A DNA stretch of 36,635 nt from a virus (taxonomy: Duplodnaviria; Caudoviricetes): the IMG/VR virus record IMGVR_UViG_3300046387_000715, positions 1 to 36,635 of that record; one strand, given 5' to 3'. A model generated the notes under the pieces. That model saw only the letters and a list, made by a program, of their open reading frames with translations, ran no database searches and was not told the origin of the DNA. The translations under genes and the position numbers were made by a program. Positions within the stretch are counted from its first letter, which is position 1; every line of letters starts with the position of its first letter. This document shows positions 1-8,867 of the stretch, one piece after another.

Positions 1-25
1 ACTTAATGGAAAGGTATCCAGATTA

Positions 26-2227
26 ATGGTTACAACAGTTGATACCCTTCTAGTCCGCATTGAAGCGGATATGTCTGATTTAAAGCGGTCTTTGGATAAG
101 GTTCAAAGAGACGTTGATAAATCTTCCCAAGGCATAGCTGGCGCATTCAAGCGCATCGGAACCGCGATGAAAGCCGCCGTTGCAGCGGTTATTGTTCAGC
201 AAGGGGCGCGAGCGGGTATGGCGCTTGTAAACCTTGCCTCTGATGTTGAAGAAATGCAGGGCAAGTCTAAGGTCGTATTCGGGGCTTTCAGAGATCAAAC
301 CGTTGCGGCACTAGAGGCTTTTGGAAATGAGGTTGGCCGCTCTACTCATGAGCTTGAGCTTATGGCCTCAAGTATCCAAGACACCTTTGTCCCAATGGGT
401 TTTGCAAGGGGCGAGGCCGCAAAGCTTTCTGTTGATCTGACTAAGCTGGCTGTTGACGTTGCGTCATTCAACAACGCCAACGATACCGAAACTATGGAGG
501 CGTTCCAAAGCGCCTTGGTTGGAAACCATGAGACGGTCAGACGTTTCGGCGTTGTCATAACTGAGGCAACCTTGAAGCAAGAGCTTTTGCGGATGGGTAT
601 AACCGCCACAGGTGACGCGGTATCAAACTCACAAAAGGTTCAAGCCCGTTTAAATTTAATTCTTGCGGGCACAACTGACGCGCAGGGAGACGCAGCGAGA
701 ACCGCAGACAGCTTTGCAAACCAAATGAAAGCACTTAAAGCAGAGCTTTCTGAGGTCGGGGTTGAGCTTGGAACTATTTTGCTTCCCTTTGCAAAAGACC
801 TTGTGACCACGTTCAGAAGCCTTACAGATGCAACTCGTAAATTCTTGGCGCAGCTTGGCTTGATTGATTTGACCCCTGCGGATCGCATTGGGATGTTCAA
901 TCGCCAGCTAGAAAAGACAGAAGATTTATTGAATAATCTTTCGGACGCAGAGGGAAACTCAGATTTCTTGCAAAACATTGCTAGGAATGCTGGCTTTGAT
1001 ATAAATAATTTTAGAGGCTCAACAGAAGATTTATTCAACGCCTTGCAAGCAGACTTAAACGCAAGGGCAGAAGATTTAAGGCTACAGATTGATCTTCAAA
1101 AATTGCTTCAAGAACGGCCTGATGCGGGCGGTGCTGGTGCGGATGCGGGGGGCGGTGGAAGCGAGCCATTCAAGGCTTCTAAACAGCAACAGAAAATCGC
1201 TGGTCAAAACGCCGTAATGGCGAAAAGAATACAGATGCAAGCGGATATTAATCAGCTTACAAAATCTGGAAACCTTCTTGTCGCAGAGCATGTAAAAAAA
1301 GAATTAGAATTATTCGACGCAAATGTTAAGCTTGCTGGCGAAGCGGATCGTCTTGGGAAAATAGAAGTTCAAAGGCTGATTGCCCTTGGGCATACAGACA
1401 ATCTTACCCAAAAGCTTGTTATTGATAATATTGAACTTACAGCTTCTCAGACAGCTTTGACCAATTCTGTAAAGCTTTCAGCGGAAGCCCTGAAAGAATA
1501 TCAGGAATTAGTTCAAGAGGGGGTGGATTTTGTAAGAGCCAATATAGACAACAATTATGAATTTGAGAAAAGTCAAACTGCCCTAAATGCAGCACTTGCA
1601 GCGGGTGCGGTAAACGAAGAAGATTATAGGGCAGCTATGGCGCTTTTGGCCCTTGAGCAAGCAAGAACTTTGCCCTTGTTTAGCGATTTCGAAAATGGAA
1701 TGCTGAATATGGCAGATAATATTTCGGGCGCATTAGCCGATATGTCTCAAGGTGCCAAGCTTACGTTTAGAGATTTCCAGAAAATGTTTGATGCTTTTGT
1801 GCGCGATATGATTGCTCAAGCTATCAAGCTTTTAATTGTGAACGCAATCTTGCGGGCGATGGGGGTTCCTTTGCGTTACGATGGCTCTGGTTTTAAAGCG
1901 GGAAAGGGAACCGCTTTCGGTGGAGCTATACAAGAAAGCGCAACGGGCGGCGCAATGTCTAGGGGCAGACCCTACCTTGTCGGAGAGCGCGGCCCAGAGC
2001 TTATTATTCCAGCCTCATCAGGAACAATTAAAAACGCTCACGATACCAGAAACGCCATGAAGGGCGGCGCTACGGTGGTCAATCAAACTATCAATGTTGA
2101 AACTGGGGTATCTCAAACGGTTCGCGCTGAAATGCTTTCGTTGCTGCCAGTCATAAAACAGGATACACTGGCGGCGGTCGCGGATGGAAAACGGCGCGGC
2201 GGCTCATTTGGACAGGTTCTTTCGTAA
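26..2227 (+). CDS. tail tape measure protein
   Basis: 733 aa, Ala-rich and helical; N-terminal LLVRIEADMSDL and C-terminal GGAMSRGRPYLVGERGPELIIP motifs typical of lambda-like tape measure proteins; followed by a Dit-like gene. Confidence 0.9.
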   Translation: MVTTVDTLLVRIEADMSDLKRSLDKVQRDVDKSSQGIAGAFKRIGTAMKAAVAAVIVQQGARAGMALVNLASDVEEMQGKSKVVFGAFRDQTVAALEAFGNEVGRSTHELELMASSIQDTFVPMGFARGEAAKLSVDLTKLAVDVASFNNANDTETMEAFQSALVGNHETVRRFGVVITEATLKQELLRMGITATGDAVSNSQKVQARLNLILAGTTDAQGDAARTADSFANQMKALKAELSEVGVELGTILLPFAKDLVTTFRSLTDATRKFLAQLGLIDLTPADRIGMFNRQLEKTEDLLNNLSDAEGNSDFLQNIARNAGFDINNFRGSTEDLFNALQADLNARAEDLRLQIDLQKLLQERPDAGGAGADAGGGGSEPFKASKQQQKIAGQNAVMAKRIQMQADINQLTKSGNLLVAEHVKKELELFDANVKLAGEADRLGKIEVQRLIALGHTDNLTQKLVIDNIELTASQTALTNSVKLSAEALKEYQELVQEGVDFVRANIDNNYEFEKSQTALNAALAAGAVNEEDYRAAMALLALEQARTLPLFSDFENGMLNMADNISGALADMSQGAKLTFRDFQKMFDAFVRDMIAQAIKLLIVNAILRAMGVPLRYDGSGFKAGKGTAFGGAIQESATGGAMSRGRPYLVGERGPELIIPASSGTIKNAHDTRNAMKGGATVVNQTINVETGVSQTVRAEMLSLLPVIKQDTLAAVADGKRRGGSFGQVLS

Positions 2228-2814
2228 TGGCACTTATCACAATGCCCAGCACCCCAGCGTTCTCAGCGTCCACTTGGTCGATCAAGCGGGCCGTGGCGCA
2301 AAGCAGAAGCCCATTTAGCGGCCATGAGCAGGTCTATGAGTATTCAATGGCATGTTGGCAAGCAACTGTTACTTTGCCGCCTATGAAGCGCTCTCAGGCG
2401 GGCGCATGGCAAGCCTTCTTTTTGAAGCTGCGCGGGCGGGCCAATACGTTTTTGATGGGCGATCCTGACGGGCAGTCAAATATTGGCACAGCCACAACGG
2501 TATCGGTTACAAGCGGAACCCATGCAATCGGAGATACTACTATTCCCCTGACCCTTAACGGCACTTTGAAGGCTGGCGATTATGTGCAGTTTGGAACCAG
2601 CGCCACATCTCAGCTTCATATGATTGTTGCAGATATGTCAGGAACGGGAACCGCTACAATCGAGCCATCGTTAAAAGTAGCAATTAGCGGGTCTACATCT
2701 GCCTCAATATCTGGTACAACGGCGGTAATGAGAATGGATAGTAACGATCTGGGGTGGGATGCAGATCATGTTAGCAAGTACGGCTTCTCATTTAGCTGTA
2801 CGGAGGCCTTATGA
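2227..2814 (+). CDS. distal tail (Dit-like) protein
   Basis: Directly after the tape measure gene (TAATG overlap); SRSPFSGHEQVY and WQAFFLKLRGRANTF motifs; beta-rich; ends FSFSCTEAL. Confidence 0.7.
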   Translation: MALITMPSTPAFSASTWSIKRAVAQSRSPFSGHEQVYEYSMACWQATVTLPPMKRSQAGAWQAFFLKLRGRANTFLMGDPDGQSNIGTATTVSVTSGTHAIGDTTIPLTLNGTLKAGDYVQFGTSATSQLHMIVADMSGTGTATIEPSLKVAISGSTSASISGTTAVMRMDSNDLGWDADHVSKYGFSFSCTEAL

Positions 2815-3023
2815 AATTGAGTGACGCAATACTTTCTCCCGCTGTTGCCGCTGGCATAGCTATTGTTGCCGCATTGGGCGCGATTTTAAGGTTTGTATTT
2901 ACCAACCAAAAAAAGATCGCTGTTCTTGAGGCTCGCTATGATGACATCAAATATCTTCTCAAAGAAATGCGCGATGAGCAAAAAGAGCTTAGACGCGACG
3001 TTCAGAATTTAGCCCGCAAATAA
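2811..3023 (+). CDS. small membrane protein with coiled coil (holin/hemolysin-like)
   Basis: ATGA overlap; one hydrophobic segment followed by a heptad-like charged tail. Confidence 0.55.
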   Translation: MKLSDAILSPAVAAGIAIVAALGAILRFVFTNQKKIAVLEARYDDIKYLLKEMRDEQKELRRDVQNLARK

Positions 3024-3042
3024 AATGTGATATGGTGGGGGC

Positions 3043-3216
3043 ATGATTTGCGCCCTAACTTCAATCGCTTTTGGAATGTATCCCTTTGGGGTGATGTTCA
3101 AGGCGTGTCGTTATGGATGCCCGCCGCCTTCGTTTTATTACCATTACCCAAAGGTCATAAGAATAATCCCAGAGGCAGATTGCCCTCGGTATGTAATTGT
3201 GGGGCGTGATACATGA
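3043..3216 (+). CDS. small four-Cys protein (57 aa; missed by the ORF track), paralog of 36024-36203
   Basis: Translates MICALTSIAFGMYPFGVMFKACRYGCPPPSFYYHYPKVIRIIPEADCPRYVIVGRDT; ATGA overlap with the next gene; the same frame is conserved in the second copy. Confidence 0.85.
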   Translation: MICALTSIAFGMYPFGVMFKACRYGCPPPSFYYHYPKVIRIIPEADCPRYVIVGRDT

Positions 3217-3656
3217 TTGATCCATTTACAGCGCTCGCGGCCGTAAAATCTGCGGTGGCAGCGGGCAAGGAACTGGTCAACGTAACCAAACAAATCGGAG
3301 AGTTCTTTGATGGCGTAGATGATTTGCGCGCAGCGCATGAAAAAAAGAAGAACAGCCTTTTTTCTGGTTCAGATGAAAACGCTATGGAAACCTTTGTCAA
3401 TTTGCAGAGGGCCAAGGACGCCGAGGAGGAGCTTCGTCAGATCGTAATTGCAACCAGAGGTTTTAGCGCATGGGGTGAATTGCAAGCTATACGGGTGCAA
3501 GCAAGGAAGGATCGTAAGGCAAAAGCGGAAGCGGAGAGAAAACGAAAGGCAAAGATGGTTGAGCGCATCGTTATTTATGGCGGCGCAACTATCATTGTGA
3601 CGATTATGCTTGGAATAACGATTGTGATCATTCTGGCAAAGCAGGGTCGAATTTGA
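3213..3656 (+). CDS. coiled-coil protein with C-terminal TM segment, paralog of 36200-end
   Basis: 147 aa; a second copy differs mostly at synonymous sites, which supports coding status. Confidence 0.85.
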   Translation: MIDPFTALAAVKSAVAAGKELVNVTKQIGEFFDGVDDLRAAHEKKKNSLFSGSDENAMETFVNLQRAKDAEEELRQIVIATRGFSAWGELQAIRVQARKDRKAKAEAERKRKAKMVERIVIYGGATIIVTIMLGITIVIILAKQGRI

Positions 3657-3910
3657 TGGCTGATGGCTTGAGCGGAATTGGATCTATGCCCTTCAATGTT
3701 GGGTCACACATTCATGAGCAAACCAGAGCGCGTGAGGCTATCGAAACACATTTGGCAGAGCAGAGGGTGGAAAAAGAACATAGGTCTAATCACAGCCACT
3801 TAGAGGCGCTGGCAAAGCAAACATTGGACTTGCAGCAAAGTTATGATAGGTTTGGGCGCAAGACTACAGCGGATAGACCGCAGGGAACTAAGATAAACAT
3901 AGAGGTTTGA
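3653..3910 (+). CDS. hypothetical protein
   Basis: Overlaps the upstream stop; tightly packed in the operon. Confidence 0.6.
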   Translation: MMADGLSGIGSMPFNVGSHIHEQTRAREAIETHLAEQRVEKEHRSNHSHLEALAKQTLDLQQSYDRFGRKTTADRPQGTKINIEV

Positions 3911-3911
3911 C

Positions 3912-4112
3912 ATGGCAAACACGTTTGAAAAGATCCTTCAATATCGCCTGATGCCACGAATTATGATGTTGGTTATGACTATCATGTATATAAAGGTCAT
4001 AAATTGGGGAATGAGCCTCGAAGATTTAAGTACGCAACAATCTGCAATGATTTCAGTTGTCAGTGGCGCCATGACTGGCACGATAGCAGTGTGGCTTAGT
4101 TCAGAAAAATGA
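3912..4112 (+). CDS. two-TM membrane protein, putative holin/antiholin
   Basis: Two hydrophobic segments in 66 aa; lysis-gene context; RBS GAGG. Confidence 0.55.
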   Translation: MANTFEKILQYRLMPRIMMLVMTIMYIKVINWGMSLEDLSTQQSAMISVVSGAMTGTIAVWLSSEK

Positions 4113-4492
4113 TACAAGCATTCATAGGCCCAATAGCAAACCTCGCGGGTAGCTGGTTGCAGGGCAAAGCGGATAAGACCGCAGCGGAAGCAAAGTTGAA
4201 GCTCACTGAAGCAGAAACCAAATCCAAGATACTTCTCAGCGAAAAGACAAGCGTTGCTGATTGGGAACGGATCATGGCTCAGGGAACTCAAAACTCATGG
4301 AAAGACGAATATCTTGTTTTGCTTTTTTCTTTGCCCCTGATTTTATGTTTTACTGGAGAGTGGGGGCGCAGCGCTGTGGCTGATGGTTTCGCTGCATTGG
4401 AGAAAATGCCAGAGTGGTATCAATACACTTTGGGCGTGATCGTAGCGAGTAGCTTCGCCGTGCGATCTGCAACGAAGTTTTTTAGGAAATAA
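4109..4492 (+). CDS. putative holin (GTA 3-TM holin-like)
   Basis: SWKDEYLVLLFSLPLILCF and LEKMPEWYQYTLGVIVASSFAVR hydrophobic segments; lies upstream of the endolysin. Confidence 0.65.
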   Translation: MIQAFIGPIANLAGSWLQGKADKTAAEAKLKLTEAETKSKILLSEKTSVADWERIMAQGTQNSWKDEYLVLLFSLPLILCFTGEWGRSAVADGFAALEKMPEWYQYTLGVIVASSFAVRSATKFFRK

Positions 4493-4494
4493 AA

Positions 4495-4764
4495 ATGGCA
4501 GATGTAAAGGTTCCCTTGGCGCTTGTCGCTGCAATGGTCGCTCAAGTTATCGCTGGAACTTGGTATTTCGCAGAGCAATCCCACAAGATTGACGTTCTGG
4601 TTGAGAAATTAGCCATTCTGGATGAGGTCGTTCTTACGCTTGAGGCTGACAATCAAGCGCTCATAACCTTTGCAACCTTCACAGAGAATAAATGGGCAGA
4701 GGCTTACAGCGAAGATATGACTTACGTTCGCACCTTTGGAACGAAGCCCGCACAGGAGGATTAA
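4495..4764 (+). CDS. membrane-anchored coiled-coil protein (lysis cassette)
   Basis: N-terminal hydrophobic helix then a coiled coil; directly upstream of the endolysin. Confidence 0.55.
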   Translation: MADVKVPLALVAAMVAQVIAGTWYFAEQSHKIDVLVEKLAILDEVVLTLEADNQALITFATFTENKWAEAYSEDMTYVRTFGTKPAQED

Positions 4765-5379
4765 ATGACCTTAGCCATGCAAAAGCTGCAAGAGCGCATA
4801 GGAGCGTCTACAGATGGGTCTTTTGGCCCCAATACCGCACGGGCCATTACAAAGCACTTCGGCCTCTCAGCGGAGCGCTCAGCGCATCTACTGGGTCAAG
4901 CATCTCATGAGAGTGGTGGATTTACTCGCGTTTGCGAAAGCCTCTACTATAGCTCTCCCGATAGGATTAGAAAGGTTTGGCCTACCCGTTTCAAGACCGT
5001 GTCTGATGCCGAGCCTTATGCAAGAAACCCAAAGGCACTAGCAGATAAGGTTTACAGCAACAGAATGGGAAATGGAGAAAACGAAGGGAGTGTTTTCATC
5101 GGGCGAGGATTTTTGCAGCTTACGGGCAAAGATAACTATCGTTCATTCGCTTCTGACATGAGGCTCCCAGAGGTCATGACAGATCCGTCTTTGATTGAAA
5201 CCGACTATGCGTTTGAAACTGCTTATTGGTTCTTTGAGAAAAATAAACTTTTTAAAATCGCAGATGAGGGCGTCGATACCGACACGATTGAAAAGATTAC
5301 CAAGCGCGTAAACGGTGGGTATCATGGCCTTCAAGATCGGATGGACCAAACAAATAAGATTTATGGCTGGCTTACATAG
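4765..5379 (+). CDS. endolysin, glycoside hydrolase family 19 (chitinase-like)
   Basis: LGQASHESGGF, GRGFLQLTGKDNY and ITKRVNGGYHGLQDR motifs; short N-terminal DGSFGPNT peptidoglycan-binding motif; RBS AGGAGG. Confidence 0.9.
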   Translation: MTLAMQKLQERIGASTDGSFGPNTARAITKHFGLSAERSAHLLGQASHESGGFTRVCESLYYSSPDRIRKVWPTRFKTVSDAEPYARNPKALADKVYSNRMGNGENEGSVFIGRGFLQLTGKDNYRSFASDMRLPEVMTDPSLIETDYAFETAYWFFEKNKLFKIADEGVDTDTIEKITKRVNGGYHGLQDRMDQTNKIYGWLT

Positions 5380-5927
5380 TGCGCTTTTTTATTGAGGTTG
5401 GTTCTTGTGATTTTGATACCTGTCTTCAGTTAGCGAAGAATGGTTGGAGGGGCATGGTCTGTGAGGCCAACCCAGAGATCTTTCCAAGGGTTCAAGAGAT
5501 TTTTGATGGATATGAAGTTCAGTGTTTAAATTGCGCTGTAACAGATCATGATGGTGAGGTTGAGCTTGCGCTTGCGGCCGGTTGGGGTTGGGCTAAAGGT
5601 ATCTCACACATTACAAGCTCAAATCATTTAGGCAAAAGGCTCAGTGATGATCCTCGAAATGCAAACAATTTTAAGCCCCCAGTTCCGGTTCAAGGTTACA
5701 CGCTTGATACCGTGATGCTAAAATCGCAACTTCCAGTTATTGATTTTTTAAAAATTGATACTGAGGGCCATGAATTAAATATCTTGAAGAGCTTTAGCTT
5801 TGATATGAGGCCAAAATTTATTAAGGTAGAGCATAGGCTGACAGACGATATTGAAATAACAAAAATACTAATGAAGCAAAACTATTTAACTTGGACTGAG
5901 GAAAACGATATTTACGCGGTAGGTTGA
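5379..5927 (+). CDS. FkbM-family SAM-dependent methyltransferase
   Basis: FFIEVGSCD, CEANP, NCAVT and IDFLKIDTEGHE motifs; GTG start overlapping the upstream stop. Confidence 0.85.
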   Translation: MRFFIEVGSCDFDTCLQLAKNGWRGMVCEANPEIFPRVQEIFDGYEVQCLNCAVTDHDGEVELALAAGWGWAKGISHITSSNHLGKRLSDDPRNANNFKPPVPVQGYTLDTVMLKSQLPVIDFLKIDTEGHELNILKSFSFDMRPKFIKVEHRLTDDIEITKILMKQNYLTWTEENDIYAVG

Positions 5928-6002
5928 TTGTGAAATAAAGCAGGTCGGGGCTAGCGCATAGGTAAACCTGTGACGGAGTGTGATGTTCTTGCTGGCCCCA
6001 CG

Positions 6003-6038
6003 AAAAACCCCGCCACCTGATTGGGTCAAGTGACGGGG
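6003..6038 (-). terminator. intrinsic terminator of the leftward early block
   Basis: Minus strand CCCCGTCACTTGA-CCCAA-TCAGGTGGCGGGG-TTTTT: 13-bp stem including GU pairs, plus a U tract, at the convergence of two operons. Confidence 0.8.
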
Positions 6039-6064
6039 GAGAGGGGAACCAACCAACCCCTCAT

Positions 6065-6373
6065 CTACGCCGCATGGGAGGACGCGGCGTTCTGTTCTAG
6101 TTTCCGCTTCCTTCGATATTGATTTACAATATTACGGCTACAATCCAATATTGCCACAATTTCATCGGTGGTCATATCTTTATCTAAAAGCTTGTTGATT
6201 TTTGTTTTATATCCATCTGGCCTCCCACGCCGACCTCCGTGCTTTTGCTTTGCAATAAAATCTTTGCTCTTACCCCAAGATGGATTGTCTCCCAAAGAAC
6301 CTTTGGCCTTGACGTACTTCATGTCTGATTTTGCCATTTCTTTCATTTTGGCCGCTATCAGGTTTTCATCCAT
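6065..6373 (-). CDS. protein with C-terminal HTH
   Basis: MTTDEIVAILDCSRNIVNQYRR HTH-like motif. Confidence 0.6.
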   Translation of the reverse strand: MDENLIAAKMKEMAKSDMKYVKAKGSLGDNPSWGKSKDFIAKQKHGGRRGRPDGYKTKINKLLDKDMTTDEIVAILDCSRNIVNQYRRKRKLEQNAASSHAA

Positions 6374-6554
6374 AGATATTTTTTCCTTCTTTCTGCAATG
6401 ATAAAGTAAACGATTTTAGCTCACGCCTTGCACGATCTAAGTCATGCTTAACATTGGGGTGGGGGTCTAAGCGGAAGCTTTCATCTTGTAGACGATCTAC
6501 TTGACGATTTAGAAAAACCAAATGTGCGCGATCTTGGGGTGTAAGTTTCTTCAT
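6366..6554 (-). CDS. hypothetical protein
   Basis: Start reassigned to MKKLTP, which follows RBS AAAGGAGG. Confidence 0.6.
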   Translation of the reverse strand: MKKLTPQDRAHLVFLNRQVDRLQDESFRLDPHPNVKHDLDRARRELKSFTLSLQKEGKNIYG

Positions 6555-6747
6555 AGTGCCTCCTTTGCATATTGGGCCAATCAATATTGCGGCGCTTCAC
6601 AAAATTATTCAGATGCCCACGTTCCATTCCTAAGATCAAAGCCGCCTTTGTTTGGGTAAAATTCATCTTGGCAAAAGATGCGACTAAATCAATCTTTTCT
6701 CTTTCATGCCGTTCATTTATTTGATCCCAAGTCTCAAGCTTCGGCAT
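6481..6747 (-). CDS. Fis-like HTH protein
   Basis: NFTQTKAALILGMERGHLNNFVKR motif; RBS GGAGGTG before MPKLETW. Confidence 0.65.
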   Translation of the reverse strand: MPKLETWDQINERHEREKIDLVASFAKMNFTQTKAALILGMERGHLNNFVKRRNIDWPNMQRRHYEETYTPRSRTFGFSKSSSRSSTR

Positions 6748-7165
6748 TTTCACCTCCATTTGAAGAAACCAGACTTTTCAATTGGTCCCATTTTTGCGCC
6801 TTCTTTTCTAGTTTATAAAATCTTTCCCCATAGTATTTTTCCATATGCGCAAGTTCTTGCCTATATTCCTCTACCGCTTCGTCTTTGTATTCTTGAATGG
6901 CTTTATGAAGTCGGCTTTTCTTATGGGAAGATACATCACCATTTTTGCTGTAAATCGTTATTGAGCTTATTTGATGGTTTTTTAATTCATCTTCGGCAAA
7001 GTTTGTGGCTTCTACTCGGGTTTCAAAAAATCTATGAACGCACTTAGTTCCCCTGTGAACTATAAGCTGCGAACTGTTTTTTCCTACTCTGTATTCCCAA
7101 CAATCTTTTTGTTCATTTTTTCTGACTGTTGCGGGTGGATACCAGTGATCAAGATTGCTGGACAT
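6734..7165 (-). CDS. hypothetical protein
   Basis: Start reassigned to MSSNLD (TAATG overlap, RBS GGAGG). Confidence 0.6.
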   Translation of the reverse strand: MSSNLDHWYPPATVRKNEQKDCWEYRVGKNSSQLIVHRGTKCVHRFFETRVEATNFAEDELKNHQISSITIYSKNGDVSSHKKSRLHKAIQEYKDEAVEEYRQELAHMEKYYGERFYKLEKKAQKWDQLKSLVSSNGGENAEA

Positions 7166-7569
7166 TATACATTTACCTCCATGTCTGTATAAAAGATGTG
7201 CTTTCCAACCCTTCCAAGTAGGTCGAGACTGTGACGCCATATAGGCCTCGCGTAGTCGGCGTGATAGTAAAGCGCACCGTGGCCAAGAAAATTGCCATTA
7301 AGCGACTGTGTGGCTTGCTCCTGAGCTCTCAGCCACGCTTGCTTGTGTTTGGGGCGCTCTGGCTTGCCGTCGCAATAAAATGAAAACTGGCAGTCGTGAG
7401 CTTTCGGTCCTTTGTCTTGCTTTACAACGGCGCAAACATTGTCGGGCCAACGCCGATCTTCGACACGGTTCAAGATTACTTCCGCAACAGCAATCCCAGC
7501 GTCAGGGTTCGGTTCATTGCGGGTTTCATAATAAATCGCCATAGCAAGGCACATTGCTGAAGTTATCAT
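7165..7569 (-). CDS. SleB-like cell wall hydrolase (Hydrolase_2 family)
   Basis: CLAMAIYYETRNE, VAEVILNRV, CQFSFYCDG, GALYYHADY and VGKHIFY motifs. Confidence 0.92.
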   Translation of the reverse strand: MITSAMCLAMAIYYETRNEPNPDAGIAVAEVILNRVEDRRWPDNVCAVVKQDKGPKAHDCQFSFYCDGKPERPKHKQAWLRAQEQATQSLNGNFLGHGALYYHADYARPIWRHSLDLLGRVGKHIFYTDMEVNV

Positions 7570-7751
7570 TCTATGACATCCTTATTTTTAAACGTGAGAT
7601 TGTGCACCTTGCAAAACTGGTAAACAGATTGGCGGCTCATACCCAACTCTCTAGCGGTTTGGCTTGGAGTGAAGCCTTGATCTATTTTAGATTGGAAGAG
7701 CGCTAAGCGCTCCTCCTTTTGTTTTTCGAGAAGTTCATTCCAGTCAGTCAT
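7566..7751 (-). CDS. Fis-like HTH protein
   Basis: GFTPSQTARELGMSRQSVYQF motif; start reassigned to MTDWNE (TAATG overlap); resembles 6481-6747. Confidence 0.7.
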   Translation of the reverse strand: MTDWNELLEKQKEERLALFQSKIDQGFTPSQTARELGMSRQSVYQFCKVHNLTFKNKDVIE

Positions 7752-7843
7752 TAGGCCCACCCCATGCTTGCGGCAAAGATCCAGCCTAAAGAGGCTGAAC
7801 CGATTATTGTAAAAATGATTAGGTCTTGCTTCCAATTAGTCAT
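7751..7843 (-). CDS. 30-aa single-TM membrane protein (missed by the ORF track)
   Basis: MTNWKQDLIIFTIIGSASLGWIFAASMGWA; RBS GGAGG; fills the gap and overlaps both neighbours. Confidence 0.65.
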   Translation of the reverse strand: MTNWKQDLIIFTIIGSASLGWIFAASMGWA

Positions 7844-8195
7844 TGGTAAGTTCCTCCACGCGGTTCATGTAAACAGTCAGCGCAACCGTCAAGTCTTTGA
7901 GCGGCGCGTTCTCAGCGCACTCCTTGATTGTTGTCCAGTTATGCGGTCTGCCATGTGGGTAAACTGCACTATTTAAATGACCGACTGATTGCATGGATGC
8001 TTCGGATACGATTTCAGATTGCGGGCGCATTTGATCGCCAGAGTTTTTGATCTTTGCAAACCGATCTAAAACTGGCAGCAGCATCTGCGCAACTTCATCG
8101 GGTGTGACGCGATTGCTTGAAGCAGATTTTTCAAGCTTGTCTAGGGTTTCCCCGATATGCTTAACACGATTGCGGTTTGTAGGGTTGTCGAACAT
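7836..8195 (-). CDS. hypothetical protein
   Basis: RBS AGGAGG; 119 aa. Confidence 0.65.
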   Translation of the reverse strand: MFDNPTNRNRVKHIGETLDKLEKSASSNRVTPDEVAQMLLPVLDRFAKIKNSGDQMRPQSEIVSEASMQSVGHLNSAVYPHGRPHNWTTIKECAENAPLKDLTVALTVYMNRVEELTND

Positions 8196-8206
8196 AGTTT
8201 TACCTC

Positions 8207-8416
8207 CTATGCGTTGCAGATATGGGCAGCTGACCCATGTTGGTTAACAGCGTAAATCATTGTGCGATTATCGCCAAAGTTTGAAGCAAATTTTTTCGCT
8301 TCTTCGATGCAAGGAAACTCATCGCGGGTGCGGTTGAAACGATTGCGTCCGCGAACAGCAACAAAGTGAGTGGCTTGATTGAAGATGTTTTCTTCGTGAG
8401 CAGTAGTGAACTTCAT
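8207..8416 (-). CDS. hypothetical protein
   Basis: RBS GGAGG; first gene downstream of the repeated promoter. Confidence 0.7.
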   Translation of the reverse strand: MKFTTAHEENIFNQATHFVAVRGRNRFNRTRDEFPCIEEAKKFASNFGDNRTMIYAVNQHGSAAHICNA

Positions 8417-8444
8417 TTTTAATTTCCTCCGTTTCGATAAGGGT

Positions 8445-8487
8445 AGTATGCCTGAGTTTTTTCATATTGTAAATAGTTTATTTACAA
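8445..8487 (-). promoter_or_regulatory. repeated early promoter/operator, copy 1
   Basis: Palindrome TGTAAAT-AGTTT-ATTTACA (8468-8486); on the minus strand TTTACA-N17-CATACT. Confidence 0.7.
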
Positions 8488-8502
8488 AAAATTGTATTAA
8501 TA

Positions 8503-8553
8503 GAAAATAAACGGGCCAGCCTTTGGAAAATCTAGGAAAAGAAAAGCTGACCC
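8503..8553 (-). terminator. intrinsic terminator
   Basis: Minus strand GGGTCAGCTTTT...AAAGGCTGGCCC 12-bp stem followed by GTTTATTTT. Confidence 0.55.
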
Positions 8554-8651
8554 ATGCCCGATCACCCTATGGAGTAAGGCTCGGACTGCCAAGGTTGGGA
8601 GGGAACAATTGTAAAACCCCCCCCTGCCGCACTCATGGCTTACGGTGGGTG

Positions 8652-8867
8652 TTATCTTTCACCCAGTAAAAAATAACGGGCAAACCTTTTTCCATTGAGG
8701 TCTGACGTTTCCATCGTGGTTTCAATTCTATAACCCTCATCCTTGAGGTCAGCGATACGCGCCGCCAATCTTGTGCAGCGGAACATATGGATTGCCTCCC
8801 AAGAGCTTAGACCCCCATTGGTTTGCTGAAGGTATGAGAGTATTTTTTTCCTATGAGTTTCCATCAC
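8652..8867 (-). CDS. winged HTH protein (HTH_39-like)
   Basis: ILSYLQ..LSSWEAIHMFRCTRLAARIADLKDEGYRIET motif. Confidence 0.8.
   Translation of the reverse strand: MMETHRKKILSYLQQTNGGLSSWEAIHMFRCTRLAARIADLKDEGYRIETTMETSDLNGKRFARYFLLGER

Noticed and set aside
3027-3209. ORF-track 60-aa ORF MIWWGHDL...
   Set aside because: Wrong frame; the frame starting at 3043 is conserved in the duplicate at 36024 and couples to the next gene.
3341-3347. A_AAA_AAG heptamer conserved in both copies of the duplicated gene
   Set aside because: Glu-Lys-Lys commonly gives this sequence, and the -1 product would be a short peptide with no domain boundary to explain it; too weak to claim.
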